DNA of 64,000 nucleotides from Nemertoderma westbladi. Lineage: Eukaryota > Animalia > Xenacoelomorpha. The stretch is from assembly GCA_032718475.1 (NCBI GenBank), contig JAUCBJ010008697.1, positions 15,100 through 79,099 on the forward strand. The letters run 5' to 3'. The notes beneath the pieces were generated by a model that saw only the letters and a list, made by a program, of their open reading frames with translations, searched no databases and was not told where the DNA came from. This document shows positions 63,398 through 64,000 of the stretch, piece by piece (within the stretch, counting starts at the first letter, position 1; each line of letters starts with the position of its first letter). Made by a program: the position numbers and the translations under genes.

Positions 63398-64000
63398 TCG
63401 TACATGGCAAATCAAATATTATCGCTATATATTAATATTAGCGCTATATAAATATATATTATTATTATTGTTTTGGTTAGAAAAGTCCACCTTTACCTTT
63501 ATATACCGATACCAGTATATCAGCCTAACATACCATATAAATCCCTTCCAGACTGATAGTATATAGTTTATCGTACTGAATCAGCCAGCATTATATGCCG
63601 ATGATAGGTTCTCTTTATATCGATTATTATTATATTCTCATAGCCAATTCTTGAAAGAAAGAATTATCCGATGATCAATATCTTAAACCTTCTAAAGTTG
63701 CTGTATTTTAGTCGGTAGGTTATTCATCAGTCAGGTAGTTTAGATTAGATTCAAGGGGAGGGGGGGGGGGGGGGGAATCTGGGAGAAGGAGCAATATCTG
63801 CTAGCTGATTTGGTCCTAGGGGGTAAAAATCTCCTGGCGGATTTTGCCTGGTTCGCCTGTCACTACGTCACTACACGGTTCCGGCAGAAAATATAGTCAA
63901 TATTGACAACATCTGGTTAATCTGTTGTTAACACTTTACTCATCTTTAACTCACCTTTCCGAGGCCCCCCTTTGCTAGAGTTTATTGTCTTGACTGTGTT

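Overview
AT-rich eukaryotic (invertebrate animal-like) genomic DNA, dominated by transposable elements and satellites. Host genes: a two-exon SLC35G/EamA-type transporter (+, 12135-14201), an intronless 1433-aa WD40 protein resembling WDR97/WDR87 (-), a two-exon PP2D1-like PP2C-domain gene (-, splice model reconstructed), an intronless type II membrane fibrinogen-domain (FReD) gene (-) and a truncated tandem paralogue of it. Mobile DNA: four 5'-truncated RTE LINE copies, a Mag-like Ty3/Gypsy gag-protease remnant with a PBS, a Bel/Pao integrase remnant, CR1/L2-type LINE pieces, a GC-rich CRE-clade (RLE) retrotransposon, tRNA-derived SINEs, MITEs (Harbinger-like and Kolobok-like) and Helentron/HINE-like elements. 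Tandem arrays have 19-, 26-, 33/39-, 68/274- and ~145-bp units. The most unusual observations are a CRE reverse transcriptase with a ~190-aa in-frame Pro-rich minisatellite between RT motifs B and C, joined to the ORF1+APE head of an unrelated LINE; a tRNA-SINE carrying a minimal type I hammerhead-ribozyme motif; a ~210-bp almost pure A/T insert flanked by an 11-bp duplication; and a 5.9-kb palindromic satellite that appears to have grown from a dispersed element. All family assignments come from motif recognition by eye; no database search was run.
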